In this document: one piece after another, positions 11,461 through 24,725 of the stretch
Numbering within the stretch: the first letter of the stretch is position 1
Layout: each line of letters opens with the position of its first letter
Assembly (NCBI GenBank): GCA_051294905.1
Contig: CM119384.1
Coordinates: forward strand, 24,738,001-24,802,000
Origin: Botryllus schlosseri
Lineage: Eukaryota
Reading direction: 5' to 3'
DNA: 64,000 nt
Position numbers and translations under genes: made by a program
Notes under the pieces: model-generated
Told to the model about the DNA's origin: nothing
Databases searched by the model: none
Seen by the model: only the letters and a program-made list of their open reading frames with translations

Positions 11461-14400
11461 CTAAGAAGAAGTAATGTAGAAATAACTTTATGGCTTTCAC
11501 TTGTCATCAGTATAAAATGATTTGATAACATCACTTCTTTAGACTAGCAGTTTTTATATACTAAAAACTCCCATCCAAGCTTATGCCATTGAATGAAATG
11601 AGGAAATAGGAATGCTTATCTTGAAATGGTTTCAGGGAGGCTTATGTACATTTAAGTAGACTCAGATTGATTTGAAATTGTGATAACATTGCCTCATTGC
11701 CTAAGGAAAGATATGTTTCCCACAGAAAAATATGTCATACTGTTAGTGTCAGAATCTGAGCCAAATTGTTCCCCAGCGATTGCTAATTTCATTAATTTTT
11801 TAGTTTTTGTCCAGCTATCAATGTTACTTGAAAAATAGCTGCATGCTTTAATTAATACTAGTATATATATCGTGATTGCAATTTTGTGAGTGATCGTACC
11901 TCTCTTCCGTTTCTTCCACATAATCACGGCCACTGTCACAGATATTGTTAGAGTGACTAGCAAAAACGATGCTACAACGGGAATCCCCAGGCCACCTGTA
12001 AAGGCATTGACAGAACTGTGATTTCATATCACCTGGTTTTGTTTCTCTAAGTTCACTTGCGAAGCCATGGCAATCTACTGTCTGGAGTGAAATCATTTGT
12101 CACAATAAGATCCTTACCATTACCTGTTTTTCGTCGTGTGATGGTGTTTGTATTGACTGGAAGATTTGCTGCAAAAGAATGTGAAGAGTGACCTTTCGAC
12201 CTCCCTACCAAGTCAATATGTCATGTGGTACATACTTGCTGTCGCAGTCCCAGTGCATTCTTCTATTTCTATAGAATGAAAGTAGTATCAGTTTGAGTTT
12301 GCCAGACAGGGAACAATAAGTAACCTCTGCAATGATTGTAAATATAGAAAATTTTCACCAGTCCAAAGTTGCAACAAAGCAACACAATGGTACGTGGAGA
12401 CAGATAAGAGATGGTAGATTATTTTTTGCTTTCCCGGAAGCTCCTGTTAACCAGTGCATTCTTCTTCAACCACCATGCAGAGCAAAGTAATTGTTACTTT
12501 TGTTGCAAGCTAAGTCACTCATTCAGTACTGAATCCACATCCTGCATTGAGGGAGAAAACTTATCTAAAATCTGTCAATTCACTCACGTGACCAGTGCTC
12601 TTTGCATTCCCTATACTTTGTTGTGTTGATGAATGCTAGCTGTCGTCCTGACTTGTCCGTGCATTCTGAAGTATTGCATTTAATTATGATGCGTCCATTC
12701 TCGGATAGGTTACTTTACATGGGTTAGATTTGTTGAATTCATGATAAACATGATATCAGTAGCATATTTTTGGTTTTGTAGCCACCATTAGAACAAATGC
12801 CGTTATGTCTGTGTTGTGGTCTGTTAAATGAGCATGTCTAGGTTGAAGTCTAAACATCACATACCCAGAACAATAACAATTCATTCAAAGGCTGTTGGAT
12901 AAAATGAAAAGCATTAATGACTTTTATACCAGAACACAATGAGTAGCAAAATACATTGTTGGCTCCATGATAACTGCGCTCTGCGCTTATATTCAAGTAA
13001 ATATGCACAAGCACAGGGGATGTTTTATGTATTGATTTGCAATTTTATCGTAATATTCTCGAGGTCTAATCGATATCATCGATTCATCATTACTAGTTCC
13101 AAATATGCCTGGTTGCTCTGAACAGGGCATGAAATTCTCCATAGATCATCAGTGCTATTTAAATATGAAACCCACTTGGTATTTTCACATCTGCACTTAT
13201 CCTTCCTATCTTATGATTCATGTCTGCTGGCGGAATGGAATCAATGGTGACTTGTCTCTGCTCTTTCGGATGCAGGTAGTCAAGTTGCGTGATTCCGTGG
13301 CACAGAAATTGGAAAGCTATGTAGTTGTACTGAAACAATGATAACAAAGCTACTTAAGATATGGGATATAATGACAACTACACTTGTAAGCTCAGCTATA
13401 ATAATCAAAATAGGTGGGAACGATATATGACAACATAGTTTATTTGTGTTTTTGTAATTTATGCGGATATACCTGGAAACTAATCAAGAAATTTTGACGA
13501 AGGCCATGTTACTTAATAGATACGTCAAACTGCAATCGAATAATGAGTTTTATGGTTCCTAAAAACATTTATTTCACCCCTCATGAACTGTTGCATATGA
13601 TGTACTGGACTTTATTCCTAATTTGACAGCAAAAGAAGTGAGCATTCAAAATCCAGATAAAAGTAAATATAGAATATTAAGGCTGGGCACAATTAGGCGC
13701 GTACCCTAATCTGAATTGAGAATTATTACGAATGATTTGAGTCAAGTAGTGAGGGATGATATTTTCGAGTACTGAAATTACACGCTCCTTGCCACAAATT
13801 TATCAACAAGAAATCATAGTTTCGGTGCTATTTTCCACTGTAAAACCTGGATTGGTCGTATCGTAGCATACTATGCCTGTAGTTCAATGAAAATAACATT
13901 TTTGTGAAGTTGTTATGACAGTTTGTCACGAAGTGCGATGAAATAAATATGGTTGAAACAATACCAAGTCATGAATGTGATGTAGAATTGATATTATATC
14001 CTTTGTCGCCTTGCATGAAAGCTTCATTTTGTCAATGCTGCATGTATGAAGAGGGCCACTAGCGCCACCTTGTTGTGACTCCAGGATGCATATTCTCTGA
14101 GCTACCAATATGACAATTGTCTTCATTCATTTGGTCTCACTTCTCTAAATTTAGGAATGTAAAGCTTGTACCTTAACTTTATCCCGTCTTCGAACTTCTT
14201 TGTGCCTTTTTCCCTTCTTCCGTACTCTCACCTTGTATCTCATCGTCATTTCACCCTTTATCACTGTGAGATAGTAACCACGCACATCTTCCATATCCCA
14301 TGCTGAAAAAGTTTGCTAACATTGGACATGGTTGAATTGAAAGTTGGTTACAGTCACAGAATTTCTGCCCTTCATGCAATTTCTCATGATGCTATGTTTT

Positions 14401-15407
14401 GATTACACTGCTTCCATTTGGAAATTTCGTCACTGAATCACACAAGTGAGATTTCCATTACTGAAAATGCCAGTCTGAGATTCTGGTTCGTTTACTTGGC
14501 AGAGCAGAAAATGTATGCAGAAGATGTACGTACAATTATTCTAGTCTCTAAAAATGTTTTCACCATGTTCACTGGGATTACATTCCTAATCTCATTTGGG
14601 TTGCCTGTCCAATTCGCATTGTTCAGTTTTCATAGCCAGACAGGTTAAATTTTGTACATCCTAAATGAATAATCCACCCACCTTTTTGCTTCCATGTTAT
14701 ATTGAGTGCTATGCTCTTGTTATTGTGGACATACCACATGTTGCCAGTAATTAGTTCTGGTTGAGGTGCTATGCCTTTCTTGTGTGCTCTGGGTGGTTTG
14801 TCTACCACTGTAATGCAAACATATGCCTCATCAGAGTGCAGTGGTGTTTCTTGGCAGCGCTATTGCACTGTTGGTTCTTGGCAGCGCTATTGCACTGTTG
14901 GTTCTACAAAAGTTTCTTGTAACCTTCCTTAAAATACTTAAACATTGACTGCTGTATCATTGGTATTTTAAGGAGTATAGTAAATCAAAGTAGGTAAGGT
15001 ATATGTTTCTTCAAGATGAATTCCAGAGTAACATGGCTTTGCTATAGCCTGCAGGAATGATGCTAATATGCATCCCTGTCCAGGATATGGCCCTTTAATT
15101 ATTGCACAGGAAACGTTCACAATTACAACAGTCAACGGCCCTAACCACTCAGGTGATCAGTGTAAATTCATGTTTGATACGGAGCTGGCTTTAACCTTAT
15201 GCTCAGGCCAGATTTCCCAACGAACTTTGTTATGAACTGAAAGAATTAATCCTTACTTGAAACATTGCAATAAAGCTTCCGCCCGTCATGCAATGGAATG
15301 TAATCTTTTTGTTCATGACACTCCGATCTGCATTGCAGTGTTTTCGTTACCAAAGCTTCACAATCCAACAGCACCAGGTAAATACACAGGGCGGTAAAAA
15401 ACTTCAT
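10946..15407 (-). pseudogene. IL-17 receptor-like paralogue X copy A (ectodomain disrupted, TM and SEFIR exons open)
   Basis: Signal exon from ATG 15407 (MKFFTALCIYLVLLDCEA + C-x3-C-x10-DG-x4-C-x-V), exon 14807-14682 (LNITWKQK), TM exon 11995-11900 (GLGIPVVASFLLVTLTISVTVAVIMWKKRKR), SEFIR exon 11460-10946. I could not find a stop-free exon chain through 14.5-12.1 kb. Confidence 0.55.
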
Positions 15408-17906
15408 TAGCTCCTCAGTTTCCCAGTATCTGACTCATTCAGGATATGTAAAATAAATTCCAGATATTGTCCAATACATAACTTACTAGATTTTGTATCT
15501 AAAGCTAAATGAATATAAAATTTTGTCACGTAAAACAGGCAAATACTCCAAAGTAACTAGGAATCCCTTAAAGTGAGTAAAATGCATCATACTTCTCGGG
15601 TCAGACAAAATGCACATAGTGAAGTTCTGGCAGATTGATTCAGGACACTCTAATGTAGATATGGAATATAACTATAAAGTTAGCTTAGTTATCTTGGCAT
15701 ACCAGCTTAGAAATGCTTTCGTTTTCTAGAAATTATTCTACCTGCTATCACCTTTCCAACCCAGTATTAGCTACAGGTATTAAAACTATCACAGATGAAA
15801 AACATAGTTCGATCTGATACTTGAAGTTTCATGAGTACCAGTAGGTAACTTGATCATAGCATTGATAAATAGGTTTACAAAATCGGATCGGTAATTCATA
15901 AAACCTATTGCACGTTTTCAATCCTTGTAACTTGAAGCTTATGTCTAGAAGGAAGTCCTTTCTTCCTTTAACTTTGTTCCTAGTGTTAAAATCCTCAGTT
16001 TTAGCACTTTGTCCTAACTACATATCTCTTAACTTTCTAAAAGTATACATTTATGGTTAGTTGAGTCGTAGGCGTGCTGATCTATATACTTAACTCAACT
16101 GTTTACCTATCCGTGGTACTTTAACATCCAAGGTGAAAGAGGGGATGTGAAAATAGGGGTAATATTCTTTACTGTTGGTTTAGAGATGGGGGACAAAAGA
16201 ATTGATTCTGTAAATATTTACAGAAGTGACTTTCAGATAAGTTTGGTTCTGTATTCCTGATATGGTTTGGATAATATGCCTTCACCTCTATGACATCATG
16301 GAGTCTGAGAGAGTGATTGTTCAGTCAAGTGGAGATATCCCATGTGTAGATATAATGTATCAAATGAGTCGAGTTACATATTAACTTTACTATAGTTGTA
16401 AGCTCGCTGCTATCATATTGTGATTCGAAAGAAAACAGTATTCCTTGTAGTGGGTCAATGTTTGACATGTTCAATGAGCAAGTCTCATCTTTCATCGAAG
16501 ATGGTCGGTTTTCTTTTTACTAAGCAGTAGAACATGAAATATATATGGTGGTGAAATGTTTATATTTTTTGCCAAATTCTGGAAAATATGCATCTCACTT
16601 CAAGGGAAAGACACACACCCACTGCAACTTTATGGCAAACCAACTGAATATAAAGTTGTAGAAACTGGTCTTTTGATAGATAAAGGACAAGGTCATCTAA
16701 TCCCATTTGATTTCCTGATCGGACAATCCTCCAGTTCAGAATAAGATAAAAAGTCTGTTAAATTCCGTGCTCTGATGAACGCATTTCGAGAAACAAATCT
16801 GTTGTTTTGGAGAATTCCAGTCGGATTAAAATCCTATTGTGTGTTGCTCAAATACTCTTCCGTGATAGCTAATTATGTTGAACGACTGCAATAAATTGAC
16901 AGCTCGAAAAGTGTATTGTAATATTAAACATTGTAGTAATGATAATGTATCAATGAACGAGCACACCAATCGAAATAATTAATTTTAGTACTGTTCATTT
17001 TGGCCAAACACGATTTTATCAAACCATTTTAAATGAAAACATATCTGATAACACCACGAGTGTTGATGAGTTTTGATAGGGATCTATCTACAAAAATAAT
17101 CAAGGAACTGCTGAAGCAGCTCAGTGAACCAACTAAATAATTGGAAAGAGATGTTACTAAACCTAGCTCAAATAATGGGCCTGCAATGCTACTCACTACA
17201 ACTGAATAAATCGTTTCGTCATAGCAAGAGAAGTTGACCATTAGCTCTATGCCATCTGCCGAAATGAACTTCATGACGCATGTTGGAATAAAAAGATGTC
17301 ACTATTGTAGATATGATGGTTGCGTACTCCAGATCGGGTTGTAACTGTGATGATGTTGCTGGGTCGTTATCATGATGACAATATCACATTTTGTAATACA
17401 TTCGGTAACTAATATATAAATAATACCAAGAACACTCTACTGTGATTTTATATTTGCTACAAATAAAATAGGAATTTCAACAAAGTTTTAGGTACTAATG
17501 TTCAATTCTCTGAAATCCTGTAACTATTTAATTCTGTTTTGTTTTTCCCGTAATATCCATGCCTCACCTGAAATCACTTCCTTCCTCGCTCTTACAAATT
17601 TTGAAAAATCATGTCAGGCTAGGTGCTGTAACCCGTAAAAATCTGACCTTAGCACTCCATGTTAATATTTGATTGCTAAACGGTAATAAAAGACAGATTT
17701 TGTTTCTTTATTGAACTGGGCAGCACTGGGCTATAAAAAATGGGGCTTTTCAGAGTAATGTTTGCTATCCATATGAAGCGGGCGACTGATATATAAGGCC
17801 ACATGTTTTCACTTTGTATTTTCGGATATCACTGATTTCGGTTTCAGCTCTGTCATAATATGTCTGTCACTTAAACTGGCAGTGAACCCGTATTGATAGT
17901 TTAGTC

Positions 17907-19260
17907 CAGTGCTTTTCAACCTTTTTGAGCTTCATTTGCACTTCTTTTGTAAAATAAATTTCATTCGCACAAACTAACCGAAAATTGTTACACAAAAAGA
18001 AGATGAAGATACTTAACAACATTTTGTTAAGATGTGCAACAAATTGGCTTAACTATGCAGCTTAAGCTATGAAATGTCTCGGTAAAAAGGCAACTTTTTT
18101 CGCTCGTTTTAATTTCAACTATATCACTAAAACCCTTCTCAGCCAAACAAGTTGTTGGGTTTTGTACAAGAACGTCTACTATTGCTTGGTTGGCCAGGTC
18201 TTGAAATCTGTTCTGCACACCTATCCAAAATGCAGCGTATTTTTGGCGAGTGAATGATGCTTGCTGGCAGAAATCGTTTTCGAAAGCTGACACAAAGGTC
18301 CCGGAGGCTCCAGTTTGTCTAAACGGTGAAAAACTCGCATGTTTGTGTTGAAACTTTTGCCGTCTATCTTGGAAAACAAGGTCCAAACGATCAATGAGAG
18401 TAGGCACATTAGAGCTCGCTACCTTATGATACGTTGCTCCAACTTGTTTTCTTTTTTTTGGATTTCACGGTTGTTCTACTGTAGCTACTGTCTACTCAGA
18501 TTGCAAGATGGGAAATATTTCATGCCAACAGCGGAGAATATCCTTATCAAAAGGTTTGACCATCCAGCAACAGTCATTTTTTGGCAAGGTTTTGTCGCCG
18601 CCTTTTACTAGCGGTTTGTTGGCCAAACTTTACGTCTTCATATGCAGAAGCGGTTGGCCTCGAAATGAATGAGTCTCATTGACCTGAACTTGCTCGTTGC
18701 ACACCCCTACATTAGTTCAACGCAACGGTATTCGACCATGTTTTCCAAAAAAAACAGTCGGACAAATGTTATGAATTCTCATGATGAAGCCATATTTTCT
18801 GCGTGACTCGCGCTAATCAAACAGTTGTTACGGAAATATGATGATTGATTAGCGAAAGAAAGCAGAAAATCAATTTGACATCATTTTTTCAGCCTGTCGC
18901 AGGCTCAGACAGGCTGATATACTGTATTTCAGCCACGACACCAGCTTCCAAACCAGGCTTTTGGTTACGTAATAATTATAGTGCGAAAATATTAAATCAC
19001 TTCGGCTTGTGAGATCTACGATTAGTAGTGCGTTGTAAGTTGCACAAGATTTTACAATTGCGTCTCAACTACAACAGTTACGCTGTCCTTGAATTTACTA
19101 TCAGGTTTATTTGAATTATTCCAGGTGAGAAAAATGAAAAATTATTCACTATTTTCATTCGCACTCGTCCGGGTTTTTCATTTGCACCACCATCGTCATT
19201 CGCACTGCATTATTTTTCATTCGCACAAGTGCGAATCGTCACACAGGTTGAAAAGCACTG
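17907..19260 (-). mobile_element. hAT (Buster/Charlie-like) deletion derivative with transposase C-terminal fragment
   Basis: Perfect 16-bp TIR cagtgcttttcaacct. TSD gtttagtc / gtttagac. ORF 18027-18407 has FWIGVQNRFQDLANQA..LVQNPTTCLAEKGFS..IKT (hAT dimerisation-domain pattern). Empty site in unit B (~35435). Confidence 0.9.
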
Positions 19261-19927
19261 GTTTAGACGAAGAGATCATAAATATATTTGTGTCGACTGG
19301 TAACCCAGTAAAAATACATGATAAATGTATATCTGTTTGAATAATTATTACGGCGAGGTAATTTTTTCCATGAAACAACATTTTATCTATGTGTACTTGG
19401 TCTTAAATACTATATAGCATGTTTTGGAATAATGATTCAAAAACGCTGTGTATTTGGTATAAAAAATTTATCATATTCAAGCACTGTAACTAAGATAAGA
19501 GATATAATAAAAATACTGTTACAGCAAGAAGCTACTTCTTGATCTTGAGTTTACTGTTTTTGTTGTGCTTTTAGATTCATTAATAGTAATATATTAACAT
19601 TTGACAAACGGTCATCCTTGCTAAAATAAAGTACTGTAAAAGTAGTCCCAAGCTTGGTTTCACATATTTACAGGACAAAATATGTAGGCCTATAACAATT
19701 TCATGTTTATTATGTGTTTTGTGTCTATCATTTTGTCATTCTAACTATTGGTTACTGTATAAACCATTTTTTTTTTATAATCAAGACAACGGTAGGCCTA
19801 CATATGTTTTCAAAAGGAATTTTCAAAGCAAACCACAATGTAAAATAAGCTAGAAACCCCAGCACTATTTTGTTAGCGAAATACTTGACCAGTTATGTCA
19901 TACTTGTCAATTCAGTGGGCCTTAAGA

Positions 19928-20223
19928 CAGGGTTGTAATGACTCGAATCATGATGAACTCAAGTTGCAATCTTATGCTGACTTGTACAGCTCTACTCGAG
20001 TCATTGAAAATGACTCAACCAAGTCATGTGACTCGACATATTCTATATTATATATTCAAGTTTCTTTTGGCAGGACCAATAATTGAAAAATGGACCCAGA
20101 AACTGTGTTGATATGTTTGTATAATCATGTTTAGAGTGAGAAAATGAGTATGTTATGAGTGCAAGGCTTTCGATATCACCCAACAGTTCCACAGTTAAGT
20201 GAGTTGAACCTCACTTGAACTCG
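19928..20223. mobile_element. GACTCGAGTC-rich MITE, truncated at the duplication junction
   Basis: Left end cagggttgtaatgactcg. Homologous to the complete copy 36017-36350, but similarity stops at ~20223. Confidence 0.72.
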
Positions 20224-20443
20224 ATACTAAACAGTAAACATTATTACTTGGATTACTTACCTAATTAATATGAAAGGTCCAGGGGCGACGAACTTTGATA
20301 AAAAAGAGCACTGAAAATCTATCCTACAGATTTTTAGCCAATCAAAAACTGCATCAAATTATCTTATTCGATTTAGATTTTAGCAATCCAGGCTCTTTGC
20401 GATATGGTATTTAGTCAAGTCTTTGTAAAGTCAAAGTGCTCAC

Positions 20444-23400
20444 CATTCGATTTTCTGCTCTTCTGTCTTTTTATAACTAATACAGTGATCGCTAGCATTA
20501 TCATTACAGTGAACACGCTTATAATGATGACAATCGATTTCGATGTATTCGATCCCAATGCAGTTTGGTTAGCTAAAAATGAAAGAACTATTTTATCCAC
20601 AAAATGTTGACTTGATATCAATGTTCACTCAACTGTCTGAAGTTAGAGATTCCCATGTTTTTGTTGTTGTTGTGCTATCATGACCACCAATCTTATCTTT
20701 GCCATCTGTGAAGTAAAATTTAGGGGTTATGTTACATTCTGTATATGGTTATCCGCTTTTGTGTGAATAATAATTGCAGAAATGACAGTAACCTATGAAT
20801 AAAAACATCTTACTGTTTCTGGATGAGCTGACAGCTTCTGATGGTGGCTTCTTACTTTGTGTCTTAGCAATCTTCTTCTTCCCTGTCCAATAAAAATCAT
20901 AATTGCTTTGCTGACTTTATTGTGATGTTTGTAAATCCTGTAATTTTACTGTTTTTTGATTTACGCTTTCCTGCTTTCATCTTCGTTGTCTCTCTTCCTA
21001 CATGAAAGGGAGAGCGACATTTACCATAATGTGACTCAGCCTGGTGCAGGAATTTCATGCCTCACTTAAAAAATTCTGACTGTGCTAGTTTTAATGTGGT
21101 CACAATGTGGTGTAGAACTCTTTACGCCAGATGTTGTTTTATCAAACATTCATGTACATTTTGGCGCCTTAGGCAGACTATCCAGTGTAGATTGATCAAA
21201 TTCTGTAAGGCACTATTGATTAATGCCAACAATGTCACACAGATCAAATTATCCTTGTTACTGACAAATGATAACCTTCTAGCGGGCTTCTGGACTGTGA
21301 TGTTGATTTGAGGTTTGCCTTTTTGAAATTTGATTTTTCAAACCGAATTACCTTTCGTACCTGGGATTCTGAAATTCGCTGTAGCGATTTGGTCATGATC
21401 GTACGCTTTTGGAAGAGGAAGCCCCTTGACTTCTATTCGTATGGAGTCATCGGGACTGAACGCTGTTCCGCAGCGTACGAAATTGAAATGCAGGAATGAA
21501 CTCTGTCAAAAAGGTGTTGGCAGTGATTAAGTACTATTATTTTTAGTAGGTCTAGTTCTAGTTTTACTTGCACATTTTTAGAATCCAGTAGTTTGTATAA
21601 GTCTGATTGGCTAGTTGCAAAATCAGACAGGCTACATGATGGATTACAGAACATACTTCCTATGTACTGGTACCTTGCCTCCTGACGTGGTGTGTTGCGT
21701 TTTGTTCGATGCGATTTTGAATCGAGATTTGTATTTGATGTAAATCTCGCGCAATTCAAATCCGATGATGTAGCCCTCGATGTCTCCGCTTATAATATCC
21801 GATTCTGTAACAGCATATGAAACGTTGGTGGCAATGTGGCAAAATGTAGGTCTTGGTAGCAGTGTTGGTCTGCTACAAAATTTACAGCTTATCAAAGTTT
21901 GATTTGATGTGGCATTATAGCAAAACAAAATCTTTTTGAAGTTTTCAAAGATGCTTCTCAACTTGTATTCCTGAATTTGCCAAAGAAATACCACAGAAAT
22001 GAAGTTCATAAGCGCGAGAATGGCAAATGCCCGATTGCCCGTGCACCAATTTTGGGCTTGGTTCGCACTATACAGTTCTTCTTCAACATCTCAAAAAAAA
22101 CCGTAACTTAGATTATTACTGGTATGGTATATGGGTTCACTGTTATCATTTAGTGCTGTCCAATCTTGCAGTGGTACTCACCAAATATTTACCCTGATAT
22201 GGTTAATGATGAAAAAACAGGCTTGGACCGAGCAGTTTGGATCTCACTTGGCATCATTTTTATAAATCACGCGATTGTGGTGGACATCTCACTTCTCTGC
22301 TTCCATGAGATATTCATTTTGTTTTCGTTTCCGTTCCAATCGATGGACAAACCTTCTGGAGCAGGTGCTGGGGATTTGGTGTGGTCGGTTTCCTCGTACT
22401 TTGTGTCATCTTAACGGTGTGAAACGCACTATAATGATAGCCCTGTCTCTGATTGCATTTTCAATGATAAGCTGTTAATTATTAATGTATAGGTCATAGG
22501 ATGAGCACCATATTGACTACTCTAAATCTTCGTTACCAGTAACATAGATGGCTTTTCCGTTTATGGGTTATGAGTGGTTCTAGTTAACTTAATTTTAGTA
22601 ATCCGGTATCATTTCCATCTTTTGAATTTTTGCAATTACCATTCATTAAAAATAATTTCGGCCAGGTTCATATTTGCTCCCAATGTGATGGCTATTTGAA
22701 AATTGGATTGCCAAAACCAGTAAAGACACCAGCAAATTTCCATTTGCTTTGAGGGAATTGTTTTCTCAACCAAAGGATTGCTGACTCACATATGTATCAC
22801 TGTGAGCTTAGGGTTCTTGCTAATGTTGGTAGAAATGTTGGTGGTTGCATTATCCTAACTGCGAATAAATATAATCTTTATGGGTTTAGAATTCATGTCG
22901 ATTTGTCATTTCCGAAAGATTGCGATATCGTAATCCCATTGTGGCTATTGTGGCCGCGGAAGTAGATATGATTTCCAAGTCTAAGAAATAATTTGGAATG
23001 ACAGTCTCGAGGTAGTTGTTTACACCTGCATTAAATTTCCTAATTCTGTTTTGTGAAAGTGATTATCAATTTCTGTGGTGTTAATCCACATCAATTTGAT
23101 ATAGTTTTTCTTTCGTTGTGGATGGAAAATGAGCTGATTTGACGCATTGCTTTTACAGAATTACTTTAGTGATGGATTTAATCAAGTTTTTGTGATCGGT
23201 GACATTTATTATGCTGTGACACACTGTCATTGAGTGGTATTTTTTCACATTTGATAAATTTCATAATGATCCATCCATCCAAGATGGGTTCACATTTAAT
23301 AATTACAGTAGTTAAAATGTAGTTTTCTACAAAGATGCTGTGAGTTTACATAACTCAAATGTAGTTGCAATGTCAAGTTAAGTGTTGCTTTTCGTCACAT

Positions 23401-23851
23401 TCACAAATCTATGTTTTGCCTATCTATCTGTCACTACAGCAACTTTTGTTTTCACCTGGGGCTTGTAACTCATTACCTAAATTCAATCCAATGTAGGTCA
23501 AAACACCTCAACATATCCCTGTGATGGTGAACCTACTATAAAGTTCCTACTTCTAAGTAACATTCTAGTTGCATAGTTATGTTGTGTAACGGAATGAATT
23601 CGGGTTAAATGCGAAGACTGTGATCTCAATTTCAATGCATCGTTGGTAAATGCAAAACTGCATATCAGTTTTTACATCCACCTGTAGTGATTTCAGTACC
23701 AGCACTTACAGTTCACATCACAGGTGAAGTAGCTCCCATCTTTGAAGATGACTGATTCTTCGCTTTTGTAGCATGATGAATCACATCTTATTGTGACTGT
23801 GGGATTTAGAAAACTCAGCATAAGCACTATACTGGTGACTTGAAAGCTCAT
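20444..23851 (-). pseudogene. IL-17 receptor-like paralogue Y copy B (truncated pseudogene, no SEFIR exon)
   Basis: Signal exon 23851-23710 and TM exon 20572-20444 are intact. TGG>TGA nonsense at 21152-21150 and a ~26-bp frameshifting deletion near 21075 relative to copy A. The unit ends ~190 bp past the TM exon, before the SEFIR exon. Confidence 0.78.
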
Positions 23852-24286
23852 AATTACCAAATACCAGTCAGGAAATGAAGTCAGTATTTTACACTGTAGG
23901 CAAAAGTAATGTTAATTGTCGACCACAAGTATTTATCTCTGAAATCTTGCCTCTTCGTCTGCAAACCATTTAGTAATAATTGCTTTTCATTTCTTATTAT
24001 TCTAGTATTTGTGATACTTTACCATTCTGTAGTCTCAACCAAACCTCGCATAATAACTCAAGATGTGTGAGTCAGCACCTCAGTGTCTCTGCCATGACTG
24101 GCTGAGGCTACTGATATCACACCACAATTGGTAAAACAAGTATAGCTACCGCCTTTTCTCTCTTGTATTTTCCTTTTCTGATATTTGCTCGGACTGCAAA
24201 ATTTTGTTTGATTGAAAAGCGTTTGATGATAATTTTGACAGTGTGACACTATAACCTCCATTGCTCGGCATGTAGGTAGTAGGTAC

Positions 24287-24725
24287 TAGTGGTCGACCGA
24301 TTATCGACAAGGCCGATATTTAGAGCTTTCCCGATATCGCGGCCGATATTTTATATTCGAAAATTCAATGCTCCGTGTTCTCAATCTCAAGAAATCGACG
24401 ACGCATAGGGCTATATATGACTGATTTACCCTCTCAGGACGAGTTTAGCTGGGTGATCATGCAGGGAAACTATGCTTCCTGCATATCCCAAATTTCATCG
24501 AATGTGCACAATTAAGCAATAATTCTTTTCAATTTCAGTTTTCTCGTTTGTTGTTCAGCTTTCTGTGGCATGTTCAAGTGCCATCTTGCCTAATATATAA
24601 TATTTTTGGTGAAATTGTTCTCTGCTCCTTCCATATTGATATCGGCCTATGATATCGGTATCGGCCTTGTCAGTGAGCCGATATATCGGTATCGGCCTGT
24701 AAAAATCAATATCGGTCGACCTCTA
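24287..24725. mobile_element. hAT-type MITE
   Basis: TIR tagtggtcgaccgat / atcggtcgacctcta. TSD gtaggtac / gtaggtat. Empty site in unit A (~9763). Confidence 0.85.

Larger units (their letters stand above)
2184..20223 (+). repeat. Tandem segmental duplication, unit A (~18.0 kb)
   Basis: Colinear with 20254-36282 along its whole length (e.g. 2221 vs 20307, 9181 vs 23696, 11900 vs 26802, 19900 vs 35990). Roughly 85-92% identity by eye, plus copy-specific TE insertions. Confidence 0.92.

Noticed and set aside
14145-14171. 27-nt GT-AG micro-intron rescuing the X frame
   Set aside because: It is far shorter than the smallest supported introns here (~60 nt), and a stop follows shortly after.
14100-14480. 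Stop-codon reassignment or readthrough to explain shared TAA/TAG/TGA in the X ectodomain
   Set aside because: All three stop types occur, and Nup96 in the same window uses the standard code with no internal stops. Pre-duplication decay is simpler.
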